Notes: generated from the sequence alone by a model not told the origin. A DNA stretch of 50,211 nucleotides from a virus (IMGVR_UViG_3300021404_000018:1-50211); one strand, 5' to 3'. Positions 5,438 to 15,765 are shown, counted from the stretch's first letter. Program-made: numbers and translations.

Positions 5438-7708
5438 ATGGCTAGTCAAGGCACACTAGAAGATAACGGTTCAGGTAAGAAGGTCTCGAAAGAGACTCAA
5501 AACCTGCGTCGTCCAGACCTCATCGAAGCGGAGCCCGTTGCTAAGGACTACGTTCCCGAGGGGTTTGATAGTGCTGAACAGTTTATCAACGACATGCGTT
5601 CTGAGTATCAGCATGACGTGGACTTTGACCGTATCAATCGATACGAAGCCATGGACGACCTGCGCTTTGCTGCTGGGGAGCAGTGGGACCCCGTTGTTCT
5701 CCAGCAGCGTAAGTCGCTCCCGTGCCTTACGATTAACACCATCCCCCAGTTTACAGCCCAACTTGTGGGTGACTGGCGTGAGAGTCGTAAGGCGATCAAG
5801 GTTGTTCCGTCTAACAACGAGGACACCGACGTCGCATCAATTCGAGAAGACCTCGTTCGGAACATTGAAATGCAAAGTAGGGCAGACCGTTCCTACGACC
5901 AAGCATTTGAAAGCATGATCCAGTGCGGCGACGGTGCCTTCAAGGTTACTGTCGAGTACAGTCGTGATGACGTGTTCGACCAAGACCTATACATCCGCCC
6001 GATTGAGGACGTAATGGCCACCGTTTGGGATCGCTTCTCTGTCGATCCTACTGGCCGGGACGCTCGTCGGGTGTTTGTGGATGATCGTATCCCCAAGGAC
6101 GAGTTCAGCCGTAAGTGGCCGAATGATGCTGGTGGGTCTAACCTGCTAGATGTGGACAAGATTGACCGCGTCACGATGGCTGGTTGGATGGATGAGGCGT
6201 CCTATCGAGTCACCGAGTACTGGCGCATGATCGAACGTCAGAAGACGCTTGCCCTCTTTGAGAACGGCAAGATGTACGAGATGGACGAGACCAATACCGA
6301 GCAGATGATCGAAGAGAATGGCGAGCCCGTTAAGACCCGTTTGGTCTGGTGCCGCTACGCTCAGATGCATTATTGCACTGGCTGGTCTATCTTGGCTGGT
6401 CCGTATGAGTATCGGATGAACCGCCTCCCCATCATTCGGATGTCTGGGCGTGTCGTCAACGTCAGTGGGCGTCGAGTGCGGTACGGCCTCGTGCGCTTTA
6501 TGAAGGACCCCTCCCGCCTGAAGAACTTCTGGCGGTCCATTGCTGCGGAGCAGCTCGGTTACGCCCCCAAGGCGCAGTGGCTGGCTACGCAATCGGCTGT
6601 CGAAGGACGACAGGAGGCATTTAGACGGGCTCACTTGACCCGTGATCCGCTACTGATCGTCAACGACGAGGCGGTTATCGGGCAGAACATCCAACGTATC
6701 GAGCCTCCAGCGGCCCAGAACGCCATCTTCCAAGAAGTGTCCATGAATACTCAGGACATGAAGGACGTGAGCGGCATTCAGGACGCTAGTCTCGGTATGA
6801 GGTCCAATGAAACCAGCGGCAAAGCGATCATGAATCGTCAGCACGAGGGTGACATTGCGTCCCAAACGTACTATGACAACGCAGACGCGGCCATTCTAGA
6901 GGCTGGTGACGTTATTAACCAGCTCATCCCGCAGATTTACGACGGTACCCGTGTGGTTCGTCTGATCGGCAAGGATGAGAGCATCAAATTCCAGCGTATC
7001 AACGACCCGATGGACCCTCATTCGGTCGATCTGGGCATTGGTATCTTCGATGTGGCCCTTTCCACTGGCACGTCTTACACGACTCGTCGGGTTGAGGCTG
7101 CCGAGGCTATGATGGACGCCATCCAGGTGTATCCGCAGCTCATGGAGATCGCGGGTGACCTGGTTGTGAAGGCTCAAGACTGGCCCGGGGCTGATGAACT
7201 GGCTGAACGTCTGCAAAAGACCGTTCCTCCGCAGTTCCTGTCTCCTGAGGATCAGCAAAAGCTTACTCCGCCCCCTGTTCCGCCGCAAGTTGTTCAGCAA
7301 ATGCAGCAGGCGCTACAACAATTGCAGCAAGAGAACCAACAACTCAAGCTGGACAAGACTCTCGACTTCAAGAAACTGGAAATCCAGTCGTACGAAGCCG
7401 AAACCAAGCGTATCACGGCCCTCAATCAGGATCGTGGAACCGAAACTCCGCCCGACATGACGGCTCTGACGCACCTTCTTGATGGTGCTCAGGCCCTTGA
7501 CGAGCATGATATTCAACGGGCTCAGCTCGAACATGGTGTGGTTATGGATCATGCCAAGCTCGCGCTTGAGAATAAGAAGTTGAATATCCAACAAGAACAA
7601 GCAGCCCAGTCACATGAGCTGTCTATGAAACAAGCTTCGATGCGACCCACGTCACCTGCGCCGTCTGGTGGGTCGAAGACATCGCGATCAGGCCGCGCAA
7701 ACGGTTAA
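5438..7708 (+). CDS. Portal protein, P22-like
   Basis: DLRFAAGEQW...PCLTIN motif, YGLVRFMKDP..LKN, Gln-rich C-terminal barrel, and position after the terminase. Confidence 0.93.
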   Translation: MASQGTLEDNGSGKKVSKETQNLRRPDLIEAEPVAKDYVPEGFDSAEQFINDMRSEYQHDVDFDRINRYEAMDDLRFAAGEQWDPVVLQQRKSLPCLTINTIPQFTAQLVGDWRESRKAIKVVPSNNEDTDVASIREDLVRNIEMQSRADRSYDQAFESMIQCGDGAFKVTVEYSRDDVFDQDLYIRPIEDVMATVWDRFSVDPTGRDARRVFVDDRIPKDEFSRKWPNDAGGSNLLDVDKIDRVTMAGWMDEASYRVTEYWRMIERQKTLALFENGKMYEMDETNTEQMIEENGEPVKTRLVWCRYAQMHYCTGWSILAGPYEYRMNRLPIIRMSGRVVNVSGRRVRYGLVRFMKDPSRLKNFWRSIAAEQLGYAPKAQWLATQSAVEGRQEAFRRAHLTRDPLLIVNDEAVIGQNIQRIEPPAAQNAIFQEVSMNTQDMKDVSGIQDASLGMRSNETSGKAIMNRQHEGDIASQTYYDNADAAILEAGDVINQLIPQIYDGTRVVRLIGKDESIKFQRINDPMDPHSVDLGIGIFDVALSTGTSYTTRRVEAAEAMMDAIQVYPQLMEIAGDLVVKAQDWPGADELAERLQKTVPPQFLSPEDQQKLTPPPVPPQVVQQMQQALQQLQQENQQLKLDKTLDFKKLEIQSYEAETKRITALNQDRGTETPPDMTALTHLLDGAQALDEHDIQRAQLEHGVVMDHAKLALENKKLNIQQEQAAQSHELSMKQASMRPTSPAPSGGSKTSRSGRANG

Positions 7709-7725
7709 AGGACCGCTAATACTAG

Positions 7726-8703
7726 ATGACTACCGAGACCGAGACTACTACTGAAGTCCAGTTCGACAATACGGATGATCTTGACGCCTTTACCGCTGAC
7801 TTCTTTGGCGAGAAGAAAGCGGATAGTGAGCAAGCCAAGCCCACAGCGGAACAAGATGAGCCTGAGGAGAAGACTCCAGAGGATGTTGAAGCTCAAAAGG
7901 ATGCTGACAATGAGGCGGACGAAGCTGAGCTGACGGAAGAAATTCCGGACAAGCCCAAGCGGAAGACGGTTCAAGACCGCATCGATGAGGTTGTACGTCA
8001 ACGTGAGGAACTCCGTCGTGAGAACGCGGCGGAACTGCAGAAGCTTCGTGATGAGGTTGCTGCACTAAAGAAGCCTGCTGGTGAGCAAGTGACTTCGCAA
8101 GAGGCCACGGAACCCAGTCCGGAAGCCCTGGACAAGGATGGCAACCCCATCTACGCCCTTGGTGAGTTCGATCCGCAATATATTCGGGACCTGACCCGGT
8201 TCACTCTTGACCAAGAGCGAGCGAAGGTGCAAGCCGAGACTGCAGAGTCTCAGCGTGTAGCGGATCAACAGAAGGTTCAGCAAGAGCTTCAATCGTCGTG
8301 GAACGAGAGAGTTACTTCTGCCACTGAAGAGTATCCGGACTTCGTTGAGAAGGGCCAGGAACTCCTGAACGGCTTTAATAATCTTGACCCGAACTACGCC
8401 GGTTACCTTAGTAATGTTCTTATGAACATGGATAAGGGTCCTGATGTCTTGTACTACCTCTCCAATCACCCTGAAGAAGCTGCTGCAATCGTAAACAGTG
8501 GCGCGCAGAAAGCGACCCTCGCCCTGGGTCGGATTGAAAGCCGCTTCCTACAGAGTGAACAGGACGCACCCAAGCCTAAGATTACCAAGGCTCCCAATCC
8601 TCCCGCTGTGCGGGCGCGTGGAACCAATGGTGCTTATACCGGTGTGGCCCCTGACACAGATGACCTCGACGCCTTTAGCGCGGAGTACTTCCGTAAGAAG
8701 TAA
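7726..8703 (+). CDS. Scaffolding protein
   Basis: Acidic coiled coil with VQDRIDEV, YPDF and GPDVLYYL motifs, between portal and coat. Confidence 0.85.
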   Translation: MTTETETTTEVQFDNTDDLDAFTADFFGEKKADSEQAKPTAEQDEPEEKTPEDVEAQKDADNEADEAELTEEIPDKPKRKTVQDRIDEVVRQREELRRENAAELQKLRDEVAALKKPAGEQVTSQEATEPSPEALDKDGNPIYALGEFDPQYIRDLTRFTLDQERAKVQAETAESQRVADQQKVQQELQSSWNERVTSATEEYPDFVEKGQELLNGFNNLDPNYAGYLSNVLMNMDKGPDVLYYLSNHPEEAAAIVNSGAQKATLALGRIESRFLQSEQDAPKPKITKAPNPPAVRARGTNGAYTGVAPDTDDLDAFSAEYFRKK

Positions 8704-8733
8704 GGCGTTTCACTAATATAGGAGCCCCATTCA

Positions 8734-10050
8734 ATGGCTGGTACTGTTACCGTTGATCAGGCAAAACTTGTCCTTAACTCGTTTGCTGCGATCTTCCAAA
8801 ATAACCTGACTTCCGCTGAGCTTGTAACTTGGCGTAAGTTCGACAACGAAATGAACGACCGAAACGCTTTGACCGTGGTCGAGCAGGTGGTCCCCCGTTA
8901 CGTTGTGACTAAGACCACCTCGGGCGTTCAAGACCTGACGACCCCGGGCACGCAGAATACCGTCTTCGGTTCTGAGCAGTACAAGATCGACACCGTCTTC
9001 GGGTCGAGCATGGGCTGGCAGGACTTCGTGAAGATTCGGGACATCGGCGCTGCGCGTGAGTCGGAAGCTCTGAAGGGTGCCGCTCTGAACCTCGCGGAAC
9101 AGATCGACGCTTACATTCTGGGCTTTGCGGTTAACGCGTCCAACAACTGGCTGGGTACTGCCGGTAACACCGTCCAAGCTTATGACGACGTGGCCTCTGG
9201 CTATACCCGTCTGAAGGAAGAAGGTGTTATGGACCAAGACCTGCGAGCCGTGCTCACGTACGGTGACAAGCAGGCCCTGGGTTCGGCGGTCGTGCAGGAC
9301 AACGCGTCTCTGACTGACATCGGTTCGGGTATCTTCCGGAACGGGTGGGAAGGCAAGATCGCGGGCATCCCGACGCTGTTCACCCAGCAACTCCCGACCC
9401 TGACTGCTGGTTCGCACAACAACCCGTCGAGCTTCACTGCCTCTGGCGGCACTAGCGTGCATTACTCGGACGTGGCTATCAGCCCCGCTCCGGGTCAGTA
9501 CATGACCCAGACTGTCACCCTGGACATCGGTGCGGGTACGGAAACCATTACTGACGGTGAAGTGTTCACCATCGCTGGTGTGTTTGCGTACGACAACCGT
9601 CTCCAAGCGGCCCTGGACCATCTCCAAGAGTTCCGCGTCATTGGTAACTACACGGCTACTGCCGGTAATGCTACCCTGGTGCGTATCTTCCCGGCGATGA
9701 TCATCCCGAGTGCCTTCAGCAACACCGCTCAGGTCAACAACGACACGGCTCACGCCACTGTCGCTCAGGCCCCGACCGATGGCGCTGCTGTTACTTGGAT
9801 TACGGGTACCTCGGCGGTTGTGAAGCCTCGTGCGATCCTGAACAAGGACGCTATCGTGGTTAACACGGCTGACCTGATCATGCCTGCGACCGGTATCGGT
9901 TCGCGCAAGGCGCTGACCAAGGTTCCGCTGTCCGTCCGTATGTGGCAGAACTCTGTCTTCAACACCGGTGAGCACCAAGTCCGCTTCGACGTGGCTCTGG
10001 CTGCTAACGTGGTTGACCGCAGGCGGATTGTCCGCATTAACGGTTCCTAA
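8734..10050 (+). CDS. Major capsid protein, P22 coat-like
   Basis: Size, position, strong codon bias, LAEQID and C-terminal VRFDV motifs. Confidence 0.92.
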   Translation: MAGTVTVDQAKLVLNSFAAIFQNNLTSAELVTWRKFDNEMNDRNALTVVEQVVPRYVVTKTTSGVQDLTTPGTQNTVFGSEQYKIDTVFGSSMGWQDFVKIRDIGAARESEALKGAALNLAEQIDAYILGFAVNASNNWLGTAGNTVQAYDDVASGYTRLKEEGVMDQDLRAVLTYGDKQALGSAVVQDNASLTDIGSGIFRNGWEGKIAGIPTLFTQQLPTLTAGSHNNPSSFTASGGTSVHYSDVAISPAPGQYMTQTVTLDIGAGTETITDGEVFTIAGVFAYDNRLQAALDHLQEFRVIGNYTATAGNATLVRIFPAMIIPSAFSNTAQVNNDTAHATVAQAPTDGAAVTWITGTSAVVKPRAILNKDAIVVNTADLIMPATGIGSRKALTKVPLSVRMWQNSVFNTGEHQVRFDVALAANVVDRRRIVRINGS

Positions 10051-10063
10051 GGGAGACTAACTG

Positions 10064-10264
10064 ATGGCTTTTACCCCGAAAGTTAACGCTAAACGTCCTT
10101 GGTTTGAAGCCAAGTTGAAGGCGGGTGCCATTTCTTCGGTAGCTGCGGCTACTGGTACCCCCCAACGGACTACGTTTGCTACTGGGTCTGTCACTCTTCC
10201 GCAGCTCGCGGGCGTTGTGATGGCCCTGCTTCAAGACCTCAACACTCGTGGGGTAGTGAAGTAA
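10064..10264 (+). CDS. Small virion protein (possible decoration or head fibre)
   Basis: GGGAGA RBS, co-transcribed with the coat gene before the terminator. Confidence 0.7.
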   Translation: MAFTPKVNAKRPWFEAKLKAGAISSVAAATGTPQRTTFATGSVTLPQLAGVVMALLQDLNTRGVVK

Positions 10265-10275
10265 TACAAAACTAC

Positions 10276-10307
10276 GGGGAGGGTCGATTGTGGCTCTCCC
10301 CACTTTT
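10276..10307 (+). terminator. Rho-independent terminator after the capsid genes
   Basis: GGGGAGGGTC-loop-GGCTCTCCCC followed by ACTTTT. Confidence 0.7.
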
Positions 10308-10327
10308 GCCAAGGGATATAGAAATCA

Positions 10328-10645
10328 ATGGCGACTAAGTCCTATCAAGTTGGCCCGCAAGATGGTTGGTTCAAGATCGTTACAGCCGGTCTGCTAGCCT
10401 CTCTGCGGGTTTCTGTGTTTCCGCACACCCACCCGTTCTTCATCTATGGTGATCCCACTGCCACGCCCAGCCTGACGGCTGATAATGGTGTGCTTGTGTG
10501 TCATCATCCCTTCAAGATTACCGCCGGTGATCGGAAGAACGCCGACGCCTTCTTTGTACGTATCAAGAACCCTCTCCCTGGCTCTACTGCCAAGGACGGT
10601 CGAGTTCGTATCGACGTTTATACGGATGGTGGAACGCTAGTCTAA
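10328..10645 (+). CDS. Hypothetical virion protein (105 aa)
   Basis: ORF coupled to the next gene by a TAATG overlap. Confidence 0.75.
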   Translation: MATKSYQVGPQDGWFKIVTAGLLASLRVSVFPHTHPFFIYGDPTATPSLTADNGVLVCHHPFKITAGDRKNADAFFVRIKNPLPGSTAKDGRVRIDVYTDGGTLV

Positions 10646-11424
10646 TGACCACTGTAGCCTCGATCATCAATGACGCTCTGCGGGAGACCAATCTGATCCC
10701 GCTCGGCGTTGATCCCACTACCGACCAACAAGCCGAAGCGTTTGGAAAGCTCCAGACGTTGGTTGCCAGTGTGCTTGGTAATGAGATGGGTGAGAACCTG
10801 AGCCCATTCCCGCTCGGTACACTCGATATCAATTCGCCTGCCGGTTACCCTTGGTGGTCTAATGAGCTGCCTGGGAACGTGTTCATTCAGACGAACTACC
10901 GTATCATGTGTAATCTCACTGGTCCTGGCTTGATCAATCTGTCCCCCATCCCTCATGATGGTGCCCGAATGGGCATTGTGGACGTTGCTGGTAACTTCAG
11001 CACCAATCCATTCACCGTCAACGGTAATGGTCGTACCCTGGAGGGTCTTCCCAGCCAGACGTACAACACGGACGGTGAGAAGCGTGAATGGATGTACCGA
11101 GGTGATCTAGGTGACTGGGTTGTTGTAAGCCCGATCACACTGGATGGAGACATGCCCTGGGGTCCCGAGTTTGATGACATGTTCATCATCCTCTTGGCCA
11201 TGCGCCTTAATCCCCGCTATGGGCAGGTGATGCATCCGGCTTCGGTTGAAATCCTCAAGGAGGTCAAGTCGAAGTTCACTGCTCGCTACAGCCAGAGTAC
11301 GACCCAAGTGGGCTCGGAGAATGCTCTGCTCTACACGACCAACTACTACAGGTACTTCGGTACGAATAGGCCGCCTTACGCTGATCCGAATGCGACCTTC
11401 AACTCTGGGTTCCCGTACATCTAA
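10645..11424 (+). CDS. Head-tail adaptor, P22 gp4-like, with an inserted beta domain
   Basis: N-terminus IINDALRETNL...PT.DQ..EAF..L and LAMRLNPRYG motif; position. Confidence 0.75.
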   Translation: MTTVASIINDALRETNLIPLGVDPTTDQQAEAFGKLQTLVASVLGNEMGENLSPFPLGTLDINSPAGYPWWSNELPGNVFIQTNYRIMCNLTGPGLINLSPIPHDGARMGIVDVAGNFSTNPFTVNGNGRTLEGLPSQTYNTDGEKREWMYRGDLGDWVVVSPITLDGDMPWGPEFDDMFIILLAMRLNPRYGQVMHPASVEILKEVKSKFTARYSQSTTQVGSENALLYTTNYYRYFGTNRPPYADPNATFNSGFPYI

Positions 11425-12740
11425 TGACTGCTGTTCCTCTAGGTAAAGGTGCGTACGAGCGTCTCTACGCTGGTGCCCCGATCATTGAACTTCTTAACCG
11501 TTGGTTGGAACAGAACCCTGCCAACCTGCGCGAAGGCACGTCTGTGCTGGCTCGCCCAGGTACGACCCAGATTGAAGGTCCTCTTGATCAGGGCACCTTC
11601 ACGGGTCTCGGGGCAATGCGTGGTAACTACACTCTGTCCGGTCTGTTTAACGACAGCCTGTTCGTTGTGTGTGGCTCTAATCTCTATAAGATTGGGCTGG
11701 ACATGAGTGTCACGCATATCCTCGGTACCATCTCTGGTACTGGCTACCCCGAGGTGGCTTGGCAAGCTGGTGCGGGTTATCAGCGTCTTTGGATTTCTGA
11801 CGGCCTGCTCCTGCAGTACTATCAGGGTCAGTCGTCCGCTTCTGGTACTCTGACCCAAGTTGGTACCATCGTTAACGGTACTGACAAGTTCGAAGTTGGT
11901 GGTGTGTTCTATATCTGGGGCACCACGTTTAGCCCCTCGGACGCGGGCACCAATGCGAACCCCTTCGTGGTAAACCCCACGAGTGTGAGCCTTGGGCTTG
12001 CTCCGCTGGACCAGCTTGTTCTGGCGATCATGAATACCGGTACTCCTGGTACTGACTACAGCAGCACGATTGCCGGGGCTAACACCCTCGTTAGTGCGGC
12101 CAATAACAGCGGTGACAGTCCGGCTACAGCCCTGAAGCTTAGCGCTCTACTGGCTGGTGTTGGCGGTGACTCGATCACCTTCACAGTTACTGGTGGTGCT
12201 GCTTTGACTGCCACGGGTACTGGCACGCTGGCTAATGGTGGACTTGAGGCTCTCCAGGGCTGCACAATGCCTGATGGCGTTGCCGCTGGTTCGGTGACCC
12301 AGGTTAGCAGCTATGTGCTGGTCAGTACTCCGCTTACTCAAAAGTTCTTCTGGGTCAATCCGGGCGAGACTTCTATCGACCCGCTCAACTTTGCCTCGAA
12401 GGAAAGCTCCCCCGACCCCATTAGTGTTATGCGCGCGGTGGGCGATCAGGTGATGATCATGGGAGAGAAGTCCACTGAGAACTGGTACGCCACAGGTAAC
12501 CTAGCCGCCCCATTCGCCCCCATTCAGGGTCGAGTGTATGCTCGTGGGGTTATCGCTGGAACACCGGTTGTGGTGGATGATGGGGTCATTCTCGTCGGTG
12601 ACGATGGCCGAGTGTACTCTATTGGCTTCCAACAGGGAGACGCTACCGATGCAAGTTGGGGTGTCAATCGAATTTCAAATAATGGGATCGAGGAGCGGGT
12701 TCGCTATCAGGTCCGTAGACAACAAGGACTAACACCATGA
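11424..12740 (+). CDS. Tail hub/nozzle, P22 gp10-like, N-terminal portion
   Basis: RPG...RG...LFVVCGSNLY, DPLNFASKESSPD, GEKSTENW, ending at RISNNGIEE. Confidence 0.75.
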   Translation: MTAVPLGKGAYERLYAGAPIIELLNRWLEQNPANLREGTSVLARPGTTQIEGPLDQGTFTGLGAMRGNYTLSGLFNDSLFVVCGSNLYKIGLDMSVTHILGTISGTGYPEVAWQAGAGYQRLWISDGLLLQYYQGQSSASGTLTQVGTIVNGTDKFEVGGVFYIWGTTFSPSDAGTNANPFVVNPTSVSLGLAPLDQLVLAIMNTGTPGTDYSSTIAGANTLVSAANNSGDSPATALKLSALLAGVGGDSITFTVTGGAALTATGTGTLANGGLEALQGCTMPDGVAAGSVTQVSSYVLVSTPLTQKFFWVNPGETSIDPLNFASKESSPDPISVMRAVGDQVMIMGEKSTENWYATGNLAAPFAPIQGRVYARGVIAGTPVVVDDGVILVGDDGRVYSIGFQQGDATDASWGVNRISNNGIEERVRYQVRRQQGLTP

Positions 12741-14911
12741 CTGCACTTCTAATGGACGGCTTCGACCATTATGGTCAGGACGCTGTGGGGGCTGCCAATA
12801 TGTCCCTCGGGGCGTACGCTGCCGTCGTTCAGGTGGCTCCCGAAATCCCCTCTTGGGGTCCTCGGACGGGCCTTTACGCCCTAGCGGCCAGTGGTGCTGG
12901 TACCGTTGGTCTGTCGTACGCTGTCCCCACTCCGGGTACGCACTTCTTCCAGTCGTTCGGCTACGCAGAGAGCACCTTCAACGCGACCTTTGGTCCGGTG
13001 ACGGCGACCATCTGCGAGTTCCGAGATGGTGGTGGTGCTCTGATCTGCTACCTTCAGCATACTCCTACGGGTGCGCTCGATCTGCTTGGCCCTACGGGTA
13101 CTGTCCTTGGTACCACTTCCGGTCCTGTAATCGTTCCGCAGAACTGGCACTTCTTCGAGATGGAAATCGACAGCTCGGCTCACACCTTCAAGTTGAGGGT
13201 GGATGATGCTGCTGCGGCTCTGAGTCCCGTCCTGAGTGTCACTAACGCGGCCATCACTGGCACCATTGCTCTGCTCACCTACCTGACCTCGGGTCGGGCT
13301 GGTACGCCTCCGCATTACATTGACGATCTGTTCGTCAGGGACGCGGCTGGTAGTGTGAACAATGGCTTCCTGGGGGATCGTCGGATCGCCACGCTGAACG
13401 CTAATGGTGACACCACGACTGCTGGCTGGACCCCGAACTACTACAAGAAACTAGGTGCTGGCATTCTGGACGTTCTGCCCACTGACATCCACGGCAACCT
13501 CAGTGGTGCCTGGGCTCTGGACAACTCGTCTCAGAACATTGGTTCTGGTGACTTCACTATTGAGAGCTTCGTGAGGTTCCAAAGCCTCCCGACAGGCTCG
13601 AACAAGGCTGTCATCTTCGGTAAGTACGATGAGACCCACAACCAGCGAAGCTACCAACTGTTCCTCGGCTCTCAAAGCCTGAACAACGGTAGTCTGTGCT
13701 TCCAGACCTCGACTGATGGTTCCGTGTCTACCGTGGCACAACCTATTGTTTATCCGTTCACTCCGAACCTCGATCAATGGTACCACTTCGCTGTGGTCCG
13801 TTCCTCGGGTTTCCTGTTCCTCTATGTAGACGGTCAGCAACTCGGCCTGCCTATTGCGGACAGCAACACGTACTTCACAGGTACGGCTCGATTTGGTCTC
13901 GGCTGCCAGCCCGATAATGCTGGTGGTCTGCCCATTCTTGCTGGTTCGACCTTCAATGGTTGGCTGGACGAGTTCCGTCTGACTGTCGGCTTTGCTCGCT
14001 ACATGGCGAACTTCACCCCCGCTACGGTTGAATTCCCTCGTGGTAGCCCGGCTGACCCTCAATGGACTGATGTTAGCCTCCTGGCTGGCTTCGATAGTCT
14101 GATCCAGGATGAGAGCCTGCACAACACGACCATGGCGTCCCAAGTGGCTGTCCAACAGACGGTTAATGATGGGCCGCTGATTGGTGCGTTCTCGACCATT
14201 GGTAAGGTCATTCCGGACGACAGCACCTTCATCGCTGCTCCGTTCCTGCCTGCTACTGGTACCCTGACTGCAACGGCTAACTTTGCCAACAATGAAACGG
14301 TTACTGTTGGTACCAAGGCTGCGGCTACGCCTGCGGTGTACACTTACAAGACCGTGTTGACTGGTGCCGCATTCGAAGTTCTGATCGACACTAACGTTCA
14401 GAACAGCCTGCAGAACCTGTTCAATGCGATCAATGCTGGTCCGGGTGTTGGTACTAAGTACGGTACTGGTACGACCGCCAATCTCGACGTTATCGCCAGC
14501 CAACTCCCGGCTGGGCAGATGCTTGTGACCGCTCTTACGGCTGGTACGGCTGGTAACAGCATTGCTAGCACTGAGACCGGGGCTAATAGTAGTTGGACTG
14601 GTACGACACTCTCGGGCGGTACTTCCATTCCCGGTCCGTCTAACTTCAAAATCCAGCGTCCTCCGCCCCGTACCACTCTCGTGAGTGCAATCCAGATCAC
14701 GACTAGGGCTCTGAAGTCTGACTCTGGTCTGGGTACCTTCAACACCGCTCTGGTTGGTGCTCTGGGTGGGGTGGGCACTGGCACTACTCACGCTCTGACG
14801 GTTGGTCCCAGCTACTACAGGGACATTTTCGAGATCGATCCGGACACTTCTGGCCCGATCTCTCCGGCCACCCTCGTTAACGGTGCGATCCAAATTAATC
14901 GGGACACCTAA
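12737..14911 (+). CDS. Tail appendage / receptor-binding protein with a LamG (ConA-like) domain
   Basis: GDFTIESFVRF, QWYHFAVVRS, LYVDG and FNGWLDEFRLT are LamG signature motifs. Confidence 0.8.
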   Translation: MTALLMDGFDHYGQDAVGAANMSLGAYAAVVQVAPEIPSWGPRTGLYALAASGAGTVGLSYAVPTPGTHFFQSFGYAESTFNATFGPVTATICEFRDGGGALICYLQHTPTGALDLLGPTGTVLGTTSGPVIVPQNWHFFEMEIDSSAHTFKLRVDDAAAALSPVLSVTNAAITGTIALLTYLTSGRAGTPPHYIDDLFVRDAAGSVNNGFLGDRRIATLNANGDTTTAGWTPNYYKKLGAGILDVLPTDIHGNLSGAWALDNSSQNIGSGDFTIESFVRFQSLPTGSNKAVIFGKYDETHNQRSYQLFLGSQSLNNGSLCFQTSTDGSVSTVAQPIVYPFTPNLDQWYHFAVVRSSGFLFLYVDGQQLGLPIADSNTYFTGTARFGLGCQPDNAGGLPILAGSTFNGWLDEFRLTVGFARYMANFTPATVEFPRGSPADPQWTDVSLLAGFDSLIQDESLHNTTMASQVAVQQTVNDGPLIGAFSTIGKVIPDDSTFIAAPFLPATGTLTATANFANNETVTVGTKAAATPAVYTYKTVLTGAAFEVLIDTNVQNSLQNLFNAINAGPGVGTKYGTGTTANLDVIASQLPAGQMLVTALTAGTAGNSIASTETGANSSWTGTTLSGGTSIPGPSNFKIQRPPPRTTLVSAIQITTRALKSDSGLGTFNTALVGALGGVGTGTTHALTVGPSYYRDIFEIDPDTSGPISPATLVNGAIQINRDT

Positions 14912-15765
14912 TGACTGCTCCTGCTGTCTCAGCCCGCCTCACTCAAGACGCTGTTCTTGCTGCTGAGGGCGGTGGAAAAGTAAATGCCCTAGCTTCGCAG
15001 GTGGTGACACTGTCTGCGTATGGGCCTGCACAGACTCCATTCGGCTACGCCACGCAGGACATGGCTCTTGCCGCCGTCTCGGCTGGTACTCGGAATTCAA
15101 CACCGAGTATCAGTCAGGCGTCCGTTCTAATGGCGTACGGTGAAGGTGTTCCTAGCACGGCTAGCCAGGCTGCCTGGACCTTCGTAATGGATGGTCACCG
15201 CTTCTACGTTCTGCCTCTCGGCCCTGAGGGTGACTGGGCCTACGACATGACGACTCAAGAATGGTGTCAACTCCAGTCGCAAGGCTTCCCGGGCATCAAC
15301 TTCACTCATGGGGTGATGTGGGGGCTTCGAGTTATTGGTGGTGACGCTCTGTACACCTATCTGTATGAGATGGACCCGAACCAACCTCTGGACGAGGCGT
15401 GGCGCGAAGTCCAGCATATGGTCACGGGTGGTGTCCCCACACGTACCCGTTCAGTTATCGGTGTTGCGAACTTTACTTTGACCGCTTCAGTTGATGATGA
15501 GAGTAGCATTGCACAACCAGTTAGTCTTGCGTTTAGTGATGATAATGGGAAGACTTGGTCAAAGGAGTTCGATATCCCGCTTACTGACATGGATGGGCAA
15601 AAGATTATATGGAATGCCCTTGGTTCCTTTAGCGCTCCTGGCCGTGTGTTTAGAATTACCGACTATTCTGGGCCTATTCGCCTGGATGGTGCGGACGTTG
15701 TTCTCACAGTAGGTACGGGGGCTGACAGTGGTCAGGAGTTTGACGGTCAACGGGACTACAAGTAA
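14911..15765 (+). CDS. Tail hub/nozzle, P22 gp10-like, C-terminal portion with four N-terminal repeats
   Basis: DGHRFYVL...WAYDMTTQEW, FSDDNGKTWS, IWNALGSF..PGRVFRI. Confidence 0.75.
   Translation: MTAPAVSARLTQDAVLAAEGGGKVNALASQVVTLSAYGPAQTPFGYATQDMALAAVSAGTRNSTPSISQASVLMAYGEGVPSTASQAAWTFVMDGHRFYVLPLGPEGDWAYDMTTQEWCQLQSQGFPGINFTHGVMWGLRVIGGDALYTYLYEMDPNQPLDEAWREVQHMVTGGVPTRTRSVIGVANFTLTASVDDESSIAQPVSLAFSDDNGKTWSKEFDIPLTDMDGQKIIWNALGSFSAPGRVFRITDYSGPIRLDGADVVLTVGTGADSGQEFDGQRDYK

Noticed and set aside
8731-14893. Long antisense ORFs (8731-9978, 13451-14893; also 20847-22091 and 42004-44200)
   Set aside because: They mirror strongly codon-biased real genes and show no motifs or RBS.
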